Source of the DNA: Beijerinckiaceae bacterium
GTDB lineage: Bacteria > Pseudomonadota > Alphaproteobacteria > Rhizobiales > Beijerinckiaceae
Direction of reading: 5' to 3'
NCBI GenBank assembly: GCA_035949255.1
Contig: DASZIL010000151.1
Coordinates: forward strand, 9,218-73,217
DNA: 64,000 nt
A program made the position numbers and the translations under genes. The notes beneath the pieces are model-generated. The model was not told the DNA's origin and searched no databases. It saw nothing but the letters and a program-made list of their open reading frames with translations. Below, piece after piece: positions 21,248-30,879 of this stretch (its first letter is position 1; the number at the start of each line of letters is the position of its first letter).

Positions 21248-22972
21248 TCACGACTTATCGCGCGCCTCACCCCCGGTGATCTCGACGACGAGATTGTCGT
21301 TGTGAACGCGGCCGTATTCATCGATCGCGCGCACCTTCAAACAATGGGTTCCAGTTCCGAGATCGGCCGGCAACCGCGCCACGAAAATATGCGAGCAAGG
21401 CTCGGCCTTCACCCAGGGTTTTTTCGTCGCCTGGTTGCGCGCGTAAACCTCCTCGACGAAGGGATCGGGGCGCACATCGCGGGTCATCGAGATGGCCGAC
21501 CCGTTGCCGATTCGGTACTCGACCGTCGAGCGCGGGCCGCCGTCGAAAAGGTTCACCACGACCTCGGTCGCGTAGACATTCTCTTGCGCGATCGGCGAAC
21601 CGAGCAACTGGCCCATGCGAAAATCGCGATAGACCTCCTTTCGGTCGCGATGGAATCCGCTATCGAGCACGATGCGCATCTGGCGAGAGCTCGGCTCGTT
21701 CGCAGCTTGGAACCGCGTCGTGTAGCGGTTGCCCTCGACGCTCAGGATGTGGAAACCGTTCGGCGTGCCGTCGCGGCTGTCGGCAACCGCAATGCCGCGA
21801 TGATCATAAGGGCCGCTCCACCAGGAGCCGCAAACGGCGGTCATGACGTGATGGTGATGTGGGGCTCCCCCGGCGAAGCCGTCCCCGGCCCCGAAATAAT
21901 GATGCTCGGTCGTATTCGTGTGGCCGGAGAGCGAAACCGTGTTCGGGCGTCCCGACAACAGCTCGAGGAGCGCGGCCGTGTTCACCGTCGAGATCACCGG
22001 ATCCTTCGGGCCGAGATGGGTGCGCAGCGGAATATGCATGCACACGACGAGGAGCTTGTCGGTCGGCACCTCTTTCAAGAGATTGCCGATGAAGCTGAGC
22101 TGCCTCTCGTCGAAGCGTCCTTCGTATTTGCCGCCCTCTTTGGGATTTGCGGGGTCCCCGCCGAGGTAATCGACGTTGTCGAGCATCAGGAAGACCGCCC
22201 CGCCGTATTCGAAGGCGTAGTAGTTGGGTCCGAAGATCCGCTTGAAGGTTTCGCGAGAGAGAGAGCGGTCTCGCGCCTCGAAGTTGAGGTCGTGATTGCC
22301 CCCGATGCTGTACCACGGAAGGCCGATCTGGCCGATGATGCGGTTATAGCGGCCGTAAAGGGAGAGATCATCGAACATCAGATCGCCCGTGGTGATGCCG
22401 AAGGCAGCCTTCATGCCGACGACGCCGTTGACGATGGCGTCACGGATGAAGCTCACCTCCACATCGCTTTCGGGCTGCGGATCGGCGAACATGATGACAT
22501 CGAAGCTCGAGGCTTCCTCGGATTTCCTCAAAGGGAAATCGACCGATGCCGGAAGCGGACCCGTCGGGTCGATGCCGCGAAAATGCAGATTGAGCTCGGC
22601 GGGCGAGCCCTTCGGCTGATGGATGTAGAAGAAGCGTGGCAGATTGTTCTCATCGACGGGCACCGCATAACCCGTTGGCTTGATCACGAAGACCACCATG
22701 CCCTCTTCGATCGGCAAGGCGAAACGGCCTTCCCCGTCGGTCTTGGCGATCTCTCGTCCGTTCGAGACGAGCACGCCAGCGATCCCCGGGTCGCCCGGCT
22801 GCCTGTGGCCGGCGTGCGAACGGTCCTCGAAGACGATACCCGTCACCATCTCGCCGTTCGCCGCAACGCTTGGGGCTCCAGGCCACGTCGCCGCGGCAAG
22901 CGCGAGCGCTGTCGCTCCCGTGCCCTTCACAACCTCGCGACGCGAGACGCCAAGCTCGTTCTTGTCGGTCAT
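21248..22972 (-). CDS. Tat-exported calcineurin-like metallophosphoesterase with N- and C-terminal accessory domains
   Basis: Start MTDKNELGVSRREVVKG (twin-Arg); ADPQ, TGDL, GGNHD and MHIP motifs, with a variant GHTN. The track ORF is over-extended upstream into livM. Confidence 0.85.
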   Translation of the reverse strand: MTDKNELGVSRREVVKGTGATALALAAATWPGAPSVAANGEMVTGIVFEDRSHAGHRQPGDPGIAGVLVSNGREIAKTDGEGRFALPIEEGMVVFVIKPTGYAVPVDENNLPRFFYIHQPKGSPAELNLHFRGIDPTGPLPASVDFPLRKSEEASSFDVIMFADPQPESDVEVSFIRDAIVNGVVGMKAAFGITTGDLMFDDLSLYGRYNRIIGQIGLPWYSIGGNHDLNFEARDRSLSRETFKRIFGPNYYAFEYGGAVFLMLDNVDYLGGDPANPKEGGKYEGRFDERQLSFIGNLLKEVPTDKLLVVCMHIPLRTHLGPKDPVISTVNTAALLELLSGRPNTVSLSGHTNTTEHHYFGAGDGFAGGAPHHHHVMTAVCGSWWSGPYDHRGIAVADSRDGTPNGFHILSVEGNRYTTRFQAANEPSSRQMRIVLDSGFHRDRKEVYRDFRMGQLLGSPIAQENVYATEVVVNLFDGGPRSTVEYRIGNGSAISMTRDVRPDPFVEEVYARNQATKKPWVKAEPCSHIFVARLPADLGTGTHCLKVRAIDEYGRVHNDNLVVEITGGEARDKS

Positions 22973-23065
22973 GCTTCTCTCCTTCCGCTCCCCGGCCCCG
23001 CGGATGCGAGCGATCTCTATGCGACTTCTACCAAAGGTCGATGACATGAAGAGAGGTACCTCCTC

Positions 23066-24013
23066 GTGAAACCGGCAGCCACCCTTGCGGCGCGCGTCCT
23101 GTCGTCGCGCACCTTGTGGATCAGCCTCATCGTGGTCGCGCTCGCCTCGACGCTGCCGCTCTATGTGTCCGGATACATCCTCGGCCTTTTGACCATCGCC
23201 TATTATTTCGGCGTGTTCTCGATGGCCTGGGATCTCCTCTTCGGCTTCGCCAATGAGGTGAATTTCGGCCCGACCTTCCTGATCGGCCTTGGCGCCTATA
23301 CGGCCGGCATTCTCGACAATCTCTACCAGCCGCCGATCTTCATCTGCCTCATCGCCGGCGCGATCGCCGCCGTCACGGGAGGCATCGTGCTGGCGCTGCC
23401 GGCCTTGCGGGTGCGCGGCCCGTATTTCGGCCTCACCACTCTCGTCGCCGTGCTCATGCTGCAGAACTTCGTGGTCGTCGCGGCGGGCCTGACGGGCGGC
23501 GAGATCGGCCTCACCGTGCCCGACGTGATCTCGACCGACGACAAGGTGAATTACTGGATCGCGCTCGGCTTCATGACGGTGAGCGGGCTCATCCTTTACG
23601 GGCTCGCACGCTCGCCCGTCGGCCTCATCCTGCAGGCGAGCGGCCAGGACGCCGTGCAGGCCGGCGCTCTCGGCTTCAACGTCACGAAACACAAGCTCGC
23701 CGCCTTCATCATCAGCGCCTTCTTCTCGGGCCTCGCCGGCGCCTTGCTCGTCTTCTACCTCGGGGCTGCTTCCGTCGGCACGTTCATCGACGTGACGGTC
23801 GGCGTGCAGGTGATCATCGGCGCGGTGCTCGGCGGCAGACGCACGATAATCGGCGCGGTACTCGGTGCCGTATTCCTGATCGGAGCCAATGAGGCGCTGC
23901 GCCCGCTCGGTGATCTTTCGACCTTCATCGTCTCCGCGATGGCGCTCGTCGTCGTTTTGTTGTTCCCGAGCGGCCTTCTCGGACTTTTAACGCGCACCAA
24001 GGAAGCCGTATGA
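23066..24013 (+). CDS. LivM-like ABC permease
   Basis: AWDLLFGFANEVNFG, LRVRGPYFGLTTL, KHKLAAF and LGGRRTIIG. Confidence 0.9.
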   Translation: MKPAATLAARVLSSRTLWISLIVVALASTLPLYVSGYILGLLTIAYYFGVFSMAWDLLFGFANEVNFGPTFLIGLGAYTAGILDNLYQPPIFICLIAGAIAAVTGGIVLALPALRVRGPYFGLTTLVAVLMLQNFVVVAAGLTGGEIGLTVPDVISTDDKVNYWIALGFMTVSGLILYGLARSPVGLILQASGQDAVQAGALGFNVTKHKLAAFIISAFFSGLAGALLVFYLGAASVGTFIDVTVGVQVIIGAVLGGRRTIIGAVLGAVFLIGANEALRPLGDLSTFIVSAMALVVVLLFPSGLLGLLTRTKEAV

Positions 24014-25488
24014 ACGCGTTGGCCAATAACGCCCACCTCGAGGTGACGGGCCTGACCAAGCGCTTCGGCGGCCTGGTCGCGGTCAAGGATATCGGCTTTT
24101 CCGTCAAGGGCGGGGAAATCCTCGGCCTCATCGGACCCAATGGTTCCGGCAAATCGACGGTGATGAAGCTGATCATGGGGATCGAGCGGCCCGACGCCGG
24201 CTCGGTGCGCATCAAGGGCGTCGAGGTGGCGGGCTGGCCCTCGCATCGGATCGCCCGCTTGGGCGCCGGCATGGTTTTCCAGCATTCGCGCCCGCTGCAT
24301 CGGCAAACCGTGCTCGAGAACATCACGCTCGCGCTCTTGCCCGACAAGCTCGGCCGCCTCTTCCCGGATCCGGAAAGCGAGGCGCGGGCGCGGGCGATCG
24401 CCGAACGCGTCGGCCTTGCCCATGTGCTCGACCGACGCCCCGCGACCTTGCCCTTCGCCGACCTTCGCAAGATGGAGATCGCCAAGGCCATCGCACGCGA
24501 CCCGCAGGTCGTGCTCGTGGACGAGCCCTTCGCGGGGCTCACCTCGCGCGAGACCGCGGCATTCTCGCGACTCGTCACCGATCTGCGCGACGATGGACGC
24601 GCCGTGCTCCTCGTCGATCACAATGTGAAGAGCGTCGCCGCGCTCGTCGACCGCGTCTTCGCCATGTATGTGGGCGAGCGCATCGCCGAGGGTAGCGCCG
24701 AGGAAGTGATGCGCGACGAGACCGTACGCCGCGTCTACCTCGGCGGCAGCATCGAGACCGCGGCTCGGCCGGAATCCTCCTTTCGCGACACCACCCCTTT
24801 CCTCGAGGTGGAAAACCTCAACGTCCTTTACGGGAAGGCGCAAGCGCTCGAGAACGTCTCGATCCATGTGCATCAGGGCGAATTCGTCTCGGTCGTCGGC
24901 CTCAACGGGGCGGGAAAGACCACCTTGTTCAACGCCATCTCGGGTCTTCTTCCCTATTCGGGCGAGATCCGCCGCGAGGGCAAGGCGCTCGGCGGCTTCA
25001 CCCCCGCGACGATCGCGCGCGGCGGCATCGTGCAGTGCCCGGAGGGCCGCGAGCTCTTCGCCGATATGACGGTGCGCGAGAATCTCGATCTCGGCGGGCA
25101 GCATGCGGCACCCGAGGAGAGCAAGGAGCGCATGGAATGGCTCTTCGACCTCTTCCCGATCCTGGCGCAGCGGCAGGGCCAGACGGCGGGCACGCTTTCA
25201 GGCGGAGAGCAGCAGATGCTCACCATCGCGCGCGCGCTGATGATGAAGCCGCAACTCCTTATCCTCGATGAGCCGACGCTCGGGCTCGCGCCGGTGATCC
25301 TCGAGCAATTGTCGAAGGCGCTCGAGCGCCTGCGCCAGACGACACCGATCACCGTGCTGCTCGGCGAGCAAAACGTCACCTTCGCCTTGCCGCATGCCGA
25401 TCGGGTTTACGTGCTCGAGCACGCCCGCATCGTCTGGGAGGGCGATCCAAGCCGTTTCGCCGCCGAGGCGGGCACCGGATATTTGTGA
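24010..25488 (+). CDS. Fused LivG-LivF double ABC ATPase
   Basis: Two Walker A motifs (GPNGSGKS, GLNGAGKT) and two Walker B motifs (LVDEP, ILDEP); ATGA overlap with livM. Confidence 0.9.
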   Translation: MNALANNAHLEVTGLTKRFGGLVAVKDIGFSVKGGEILGLIGPNGSGKSTVMKLIMGIERPDAGSVRIKGVEVAGWPSHRIARLGAGMVFQHSRPLHRQTVLENITLALLPDKLGRLFPDPESEARARAIAERVGLAHVLDRRPATLPFADLRKMEIAKAIARDPQVVLVDEPFAGLTSRETAAFSRLVTDLRDDGRAVLLVDHNVKSVAALVDRVFAMYVGERIAEGSAEEVMRDETVRRVYLGGSIETAARPESSFRDTTPFLEVENLNVLYGKAQALENVSIHVHQGEFVSVVGLNGAGKTTLFNAISGLLPYSGEIRREGKALGGFTPATIARGGIVQCPEGRELFADMTVRENLDLGGQHAAPEESKERMEWLFDLFPILAQRQGQTAGTLSGGEQQMLTIARALMMKPQLLILDEPTLGLAPVILEQLSKALERLRQTTPITVLLGEQNVTFALPHADRVYVLEHARIVWEGDPSRFAAEAGTGYL

Positions 25489-25710
25489 GGGCGCGCTGAA
25501 GGGCGGGCACCGGGTTCGGCGTGCTGCAAGGCCTTGGCGCCAAGCCGCTTCGGGGATCGCCTTCAGCGCGTTCACCCAATCTTGACTTGACGGTCTCGCG
25601 GGTTGGTGCCGTAAACCCGCCAGAAATATCAAGTTTCTGCACGGTTTGTGGTAAAATCCTAAGCCTGGGGAGTAACCTTACGCTCCCTCGCGTCGAAAAG
25701 CCTTCAAAGC

Positions 25711-27852
25711 ATGAAACACCCCTGGCTCAAGCTTCATCTCTCGCTCGCGCTCTTTCTCTTCGGCGCGCAAGCGGCGCTTGCGCTCGAAAGCACGAAGGTG
25801 AAGACGCCGCATGCCGAGGTGACGCTCGTCTCCGAAGTGGACGCCGTCGAGCCCGGCAAGCCCTTCCGACTTGGCCTTCATTTCGCGCTCGCCAAGGGTT
25901 GGCACATCTATTGGGTGAACCCGGGAGAAGCCGGCGAGCCTCCCCATCTCGACCTCGCCTTGCCGCAAGGCGCCACGGCCTCGGGCTTCGCCTGGCCCAC
26001 CCCGCTTCGCATCCCCGAAGGCCCGGCGATGACCTATTCCTACATCGGGGATGTGACCTTGCCCTTGACGGTGACGCCCGCGGCTTCGGGCGCGCCTTCG
26101 TCCTTTCCCGTCAAAGCCAAGGCGAGCTGGCTCATTTGCGAGAACATCTGTGTCCCCGAGGAAGGAGAATTCAGGCTGGACCTTCCGGTCGGCGCAGTCT
26201 CGACGCCTTCGCCGCAGGCGCCGCTCTTTGCCGCCGCGGATGAGCGGATACCTCAGCCCTCCCCTTTCGCGGCCAAGCTCTCTGCCGATGGCGTCTTATC
26301 GCTGAAGGGAGATGGGATATCGCCAAGCTCCGTGCGCGACGCCTGGTTCTTCCCTGAGAAATGGGACGTGATCGATGATGCCGCGCCTCAAAAGCTCGAC
26401 GTCGGGGACGGAAATCTGTCCCTTTCGCTCAAACCCGCGAAGAGCTTCGATCCGAAGGCTTCCTTGCCGGGCGTATTGGTCCTCAGGGACGAGGGCGGCG
26501 CCGAGCGTTTCCTTCAGATCGGAGATAGGCCTCGAGAGGCAAGCGCTCTCGCCTCTCCTGCCGTCCCGGCGAAGATCGATCGACAGCCCGCCGCGACGGC
26601 GAGCTCGGCACCCGGCGAGGACGCCGATATCGGCGTCCTCACGATGCTGGCTTTCGCCTTTCTCGGCGGGCTCATCCTCAACCTGATGCCTTGCGTCTTC
26701 CCGATACTGGCGATCAAGGCCGTCGCGGTCGCGAAGCTTTCGGGCCATGAACGCGGCTCGGTGCGCACGCACGCCCTCTCCTACACGCTCGGCGTGCTCT
26801 TCGCCTTCGCCGGGCTTGGCATCTCGCTCCTCGCCTTCCGGACGGCCGGCTCTTTCGCCGGATGGGGCTTCCAATTCCAATCGCCGGTTTTCGTCGCCGC
26901 CATGGCCTTCCTCTTCACTCTCGTGGGCTTGAACCTTTCAGGCGTGTTCGAGATCGGCGGCAGCTTCTTCAACGCAGGCGGAAGTTTCGCGGCGCGTGGC
27001 GGGTCCATGGGCAGTTTCTTCACCGGGCTTCTCGCCGTGCTCGTGGCGACGCCTTGCACGGCTCCCTTCATGGGAGCGGCGATCGCGGCGGCCGTGACGG
27101 CGCCACCGGTCGCGATGATCGCCGTCTTCCTGATGATGGGGCTCGGCCTTGCCGCGCCTTACGCACTCATCGGTTTCGTGCCCGGTCTCGCACGCCTCTT
27201 GCCGAAGCCAGGCCCGTGGATGCTGATCTTGCGCCAGGCGCTCGCCTTCCCGATGTACGGCGCCTCGGCATGGCTCGTCTGGGTGATCAGCCAACAGGCG
27301 GGCTCCGACGGCGTCCTCGCGACGGTGACGGGGATCGTCCTCCTCGGCTTCGCTTCGTGGATCATCGGCGTGACGCAGATGCGCGAGGGGCGCCCGCTTT
27401 TCTTCGGCCGGGCGCTCGCAGGGCTCGCGGCGCTCGGCGCGCTCTTCATTCTTTACGATGTGATGACCGCGCCGAAACCCCCGGCTGCCGCCACGGTCGC
27501 GACAGGGGGAGAAAATCCTTATTCCGCCTCGCGCCTCGCGGCGCTTCGCGCCGAAGGGCGCCCGGTCTTCGTCAACATGACCGCCGCCTGGTGCGTCACC
27601 TGCCTCGTCAACGAACGCATCGCCCTTTCCTCGGACGCCGTGAAGCGGGCGTTCGCGGAGCGCAATGTCGCTTACCTCAAGGGCGATTGGACGCGCGCCG
27701 ATCCGGCGATCTCCGATTTCCTGCGCGAGCATGGGCGTGACGGCGTGCCGCTCTACGTGCTCTTTCCGCCGAAGGGGGGAGATGGGGTTGTCCTGCCGCA
27801 AGTGCTCACCGCAAGCGCGGTGCTCGAGGTTCTCGACCGCTTCGGAAGCTGA
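25711..27852 (+). CDS. dsbD: Protein-disulfide reductase, DsbD family
   Basis: Signal peptide, N-terminal WHIYW/CENIC domain, NLMPCVFP and ATPCTAP TM cysteines, C-terminal thioredoxin WCVTC. Confidence 0.9.
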   Translation: MKHPWLKLHLSLALFLFGAQAALALESTKVKTPHAEVTLVSEVDAVEPGKPFRLGLHFALAKGWHIYWVNPGEAGEPPHLDLALPQGATASGFAWPTPLRIPEGPAMTYSYIGDVTLPLTVTPAASGAPSSFPVKAKASWLICENICVPEEGEFRLDLPVGAVSTPSPQAPLFAAADERIPQPSPFAAKLSADGVLSLKGDGISPSSVRDAWFFPEKWDVIDDAAPQKLDVGDGNLSLSLKPAKSFDPKASLPGVLVLRDEGGAERFLQIGDRPREASALASPAVPAKIDRQPAATASSAPGEDADIGVLTMLAFAFLGGLILNLMPCVFPILAIKAVAVAKLSGHERGSVRTHALSYTLGVLFAFAGLGISLLAFRTAGSFAGWGFQFQSPVFVAAMAFLFTLVGLNLSGVFEIGGSFFNAGGSFAARGGSMGSFFTGLLAVLVATPCTAPFMGAAIAAAVTAPPVAMIAVFLMMGLGLAAPYALIGFVPGLARLLPKPGPWMLILRQALAFPMYGASAWLVWVISQQAGSDGVLATVTGIVLLGFASWIIGVTQMREGRPLFFGRALAGLAALGALFILYDVMTAPKPPAAATVATGGENPYSASRLAALRAEGRPVFVNMTAAWCVTCLVNERIALSSDAVKRAFAERNVAYLKGDWTRADPAISDFLREHGRDGVPLYVLFPPKGGDGVVLPQVLTASAVLEVLDRFGS

Positions 27853-27893
27853 ACGAAAATGACCGTTCCGGCGCTCGCAACGCAACGCGAAAA

Positions 27894-28541
27894 CTATCGA
27901 GCGTAACAGCGCAACCTTTTGCCCGGCAGCAGGTCATAGGGAGCTCGCCAATTGGGGAGGCCCGCGATTCTCTTCAGCCAGCCGTGGATTGCCGGGTGGG
28001 TCGCGGCGAAATCGTAGCCGCTTTCCTCCTTCGGAAATGATAGATAGCCGTGCATGGAAATATCCGCCACGGTCGGTCGGCTGCTCGCAACAAATGGGCG
28101 AAGCTGCAAGTGCCGATCGAGAATCCCAAGAACGTCGTCGAGCCGCTTGCCCAAGAAAGCGAGGACGTTTGGATCGGGGGACGGCGTAAAAGCACGCAGA
28201 AACCGGTAAGTCGCCATGTAGCTGGTAAGCTTGTGATTGTCCCAGAAGAGCCAACGCAAGATTTCGAAACGCTCATCATCGTCCTTGCCTTGATATTGGC
28301 CAAACCGTTCCGCCAGCCGCAGCAATATAGGTCCGGTTTGGGTAAGACGAACGCCAGAGTCCTCCAACACCGGAATTTCGCCCATCTCGTTGACGCTCTC
28401 GCGCCATTGCGCTGTCCGCGTAACACCACCGCCAAAATCGGTCCAAACCGGCTCGAATTCCTGACCGCAAAGCGTAAGCATGAGGGCGAGCTTGTAGCTG
28501 TTTCCGGACTCTGGAAAATAGTGCAATCGATAGGCAGACAT
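27894..28541 (-). CDS. Glutathione S-transferase family protein
   Basis: SGNSYK, NEMGEIPVL, LTQTGPIL and PTVADISM motifs; AT-richer than its neighbours. Confidence 0.9.
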   Translation of the reverse strand: MSAYRLHYFPESGNSYKLALMLTLCGQEFEPVWTDFGGGVTRTAQWRESVNEMGEIPVLEDSGVRLTQTGPILLRLAERFGQYQGKDDDERFEILRWLFWDNHKLTSYMATYRFLRAFTPSPDPNVLAFLGKRLDDVLGILDRHLQLRPFVASSRPTVADISMHGYLSFPKEESGYDFAATHPAIHGWLKRIAGLPNWRAPYDLLPGKRLRCYAR

Positions 28542-28680
28542 TTTCGATACTCACGCCCCAAACCCGATGCGTAGCTTTTGGGAAGGGCTCGAAGTACGCA
28601 AGTCACGATCGGATTACATCGCCCTCGCAAGCCGCGCCGGTTGAGCCCAATGCATAGGACCAAACCCGAGGAGACGCGAA

Positions 28681-29817
28681 ATGAATAATGCGGCCGAGCT
28701 TCTGAAGGAGCTGGTGTCGATCAATTCGGTCAATCCCGATCTTGTCCCGGGCGCCGCGGGGGAAATCGAGATCGCGGCCTTCTGCGCACAATGGCTCGAA
28801 GCGCGTGGTTTTGATGTACATCGCCTCGAGGAACGCAAGGGGCGCCCCTCCATTGTCGGCGTAGCCAAGGGGCGGGGCGGCGGCCGCTCACTGATGTTCA
28901 ACGGCCACATCGATACGGTGACCCTCGCGGGCTATGACGGTGACCCGCTCCTGCCGAAGGTAGAGGGCGGGAAGATCCATGGCCGCGGCGCCTTCGACAT
29001 GAAGAGCGGGGTCGCGGCCATGATGGTCGCGGCGGCGAAGGCCGCGAAACAAGGGCTTTCAGGCGACATCCTCGTCGCCTGCGTGGCGGATGAGGAATAC
29101 GCGAGCCTCGGCACGGCGGAAGTAGCGCGCCATTTCAAGGCCGATGCCGCCGTCGTCACTGAGCCTAGCCATCTCGAGCTCACGCTCGCGCATAAGGGAT
29201 TCGTCTGGTTCGACGTGATCGTCGAAGGGCGCGCGGCGCACGGGTCGCGGCCGGACATCGGCATCGATGCGATCACCAAGGCCGGCCATTTCCTCGTGGC
29301 GCTCGAGGCGCATGGCCAAAAGCTGCTCGCTGGAAAAGGCCATCCGGTGCTGCGCACCGGATCGGTGCATGCCTCGATCATCAAGGGCGGAGAGGAATTG
29401 TCGAGCTATCCCGCGACCTGCCGCATTTCGATCGAGCGGCGCACGATCCCCGAAGAGACGGGCGACAGCGTCGAAGAAGAGCTCAACGCCATCCTCCATG
29501 GCATCGCGCGCAAGGTCCCCGATTTCCGCTATTCGCTGGAACGAGGCCTTAATCGCGTGCCCTTCGAGGCCAAGACCGACGAACCCATCGTCGCCTGTGT
29601 TCGCAAGCATGCGACCAAGGCGCTCGGTCACACGCCGAAAATTCGCGGCGAGCCTTTCTGGACCGATTGCGCCATCCTCAAGGAGGCCGGCATCCCCTCT
29701 CTCCTCTTCGGCGCGGATGGAGCGGGTGCCCATGCTGCGACCGAATGGGCCTCGATCGAAAGCGTCGAAACGCTCGCGCGCATTCTCGAGCACACCGCCG
29801 TCGAATTCTGCGCTTGA
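28681..29817 (+). CDS. M20 family ArgE/DapE-like deacylase
   Basis: FNGHIDTV, GRGAFDMKSG, ADEEYAS, VTEP, GRAAHGS and WTDCA. Confidence 0.88.
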   Translation: MNNAAELLKELVSINSVNPDLVPGAAGEIEIAAFCAQWLEARGFDVHRLEERKGRPSIVGVAKGRGGGRSLMFNGHIDTVTLAGYDGDPLLPKVEGGKIHGRGAFDMKSGVAAMMVAAAKAAKQGLSGDILVACVADEEYASLGTAEVARHFKADAAVVTEPSHLELTLAHKGFVWFDVIVEGRAAHGSRPDIGIDAITKAGHFLVALEAHGQKLLAGKGHPVLRTGSVHASIIKGGEELSSYPATCRISIERRTIPEETGDSVEEELNAILHGIARKVPDFRYSLERGLNRVPFEAKTDEPIVACVRKHATKALGHTPKIRGEPFWTDCAILKEAGIPSLLFGADGAGAHAATEWASIESVETLARILEHTAVEFCA

Positions 29818-29869
29818 GAGGCGCGTGGTCCGGTGCCGACGCTACGGTTGCGCCGGCATCGACTATCTT

Positions 29870-30202
29870 TCAGTCGACCACGAACAGCTTGGCCCCCGTC
29901 CGGGTCGAGGAGCGATGCGGCGCGTCGCCGAAATCGGAGACTTGATAACTCATGCCGGCGGTGAGCTTGAAGCTGCGCCCATCCTTGAGCTCGGTGTCGA
30001 GCTCGCCCTCGACCACGTAAAGGATATGGCCGCGATCGCACCAATGATCGGCGAGATAGCCCGGCGAATATTCGACGACCCTCACTCGGATGTCGCCGAT
30101 GTCGAGCGTGCGCCAGATCGCCTTGCCCGTCGTGCCGGCATGTTCCGTTGCCGGCACCGAGCTCCAATCCGTCGGCGTAAAGGCGAGCGATGGAATTTTC
30201 AA
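29870..30202 (-). CDS. DHCW-motif cupin protein
   Basis: MKIPSLAFTPTDWS...YLADHWCDRGHILYVVEG...HRSSTRTGAKLFVVD. The TTG start overlaps the peroxiredoxin stop (TTGA). Confidence 0.85.
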   Translation of the reverse strand: MKIPSLAFTPTDWSSVPATEHAGTTGKAIWRTLDIGDIRVRVVEYSPGYLADHWCDRGHILYVVEGELDTELKDGRSFKLTAGMSYQVSDFGDAPHRSSTRTGAKLFVVD

Positions 30203-30684
30203 AGCTGCTTCAGCAACGCGGCGGCGCCCGACAGGTCCGCCTTGCCTGGCGCATCCTCGATGTTGAGCGACTTCACGACACCATCCTCGACCAGCATGGA
30301 ATAGCGCTTCGAGCGCGTGCCGAGGCCGAAGCCCGAGCCGTCCATCGAGAGGCCGAGCGCCTTGGCGAAGTCGCCATTGCCATCCGCGAGGAACTCGATC
30401 TTGCCTTGGCCGCCCGTGGCCTTTGCCCATGCGTCCATGACGAAGACGTCGTTGACGCCGGTCACCGCGATCGCATTGACGCCCTTCGCCTTGATCGCAT
30501 CCGCGTTGGCGAGGAAACCCGGCAAATGGTTCTTGTGACAGGTCGGCGTGAAGGCACCCGGAACCGCGAAAAGGACGACCTTGCGTCCCTTGAAAACGTC
30601 GTCCGTGGTCTTGGCGGCGGGGCCATCCGCGGTCATCACGCGGAAGGTCGCTTGAGGCAGGCTGTCGCCAACGGCAATGGTCAT
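30199..30684 (-). CDS. Peroxiredoxin (Prx5 subfamily)
   Basis: FAVPGAFTPTC, VNDVFVMDAW, ADGNG and RSKRYSM motifs. Confidence 0.92.
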   Translation of the reverse strand: MTIAVGDSLPQATFRVMTADGPAAKTTDDVFKGRKVVLFAVPGAFTPTCHKNHLPGFLANADAIKAKGVNAIAVTGVNDVFVMDAWAKATGGQGKIEFLADGNGDFAKALGLSMDGSGFGLGTRSKRYSMLVEDGVVKSLNIEDAPGKADLSGAAALLKQL

Positions 30685-30879
30685 GAGAATTCTCCCAAAC
30701 CCGGCGCGGGTCGATCCCGGCTCGGCTTGGCGCGGACTTAGCGCGGTGGGCCGCGAGTGTCGAGACTTGAAGGCGAATTCGAGATGGCCGGGCTCTTCGC
30801 CACCTTCACCGACCGATGCGCTGCCGTTCCCCGGCGACGCGCATGCCGCGCGTCACGCGGCCTGGAGGTTGCGCGAAGC

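Noticed and set aside
21122-23692. Long track ORFs (640 aa on +, 814-aa extension on -) at the phosphoesterase
   Set aside because: The + ORF is an antisense shadow. The extension overlaps livM, and the real start is the Tat signal at 22972.
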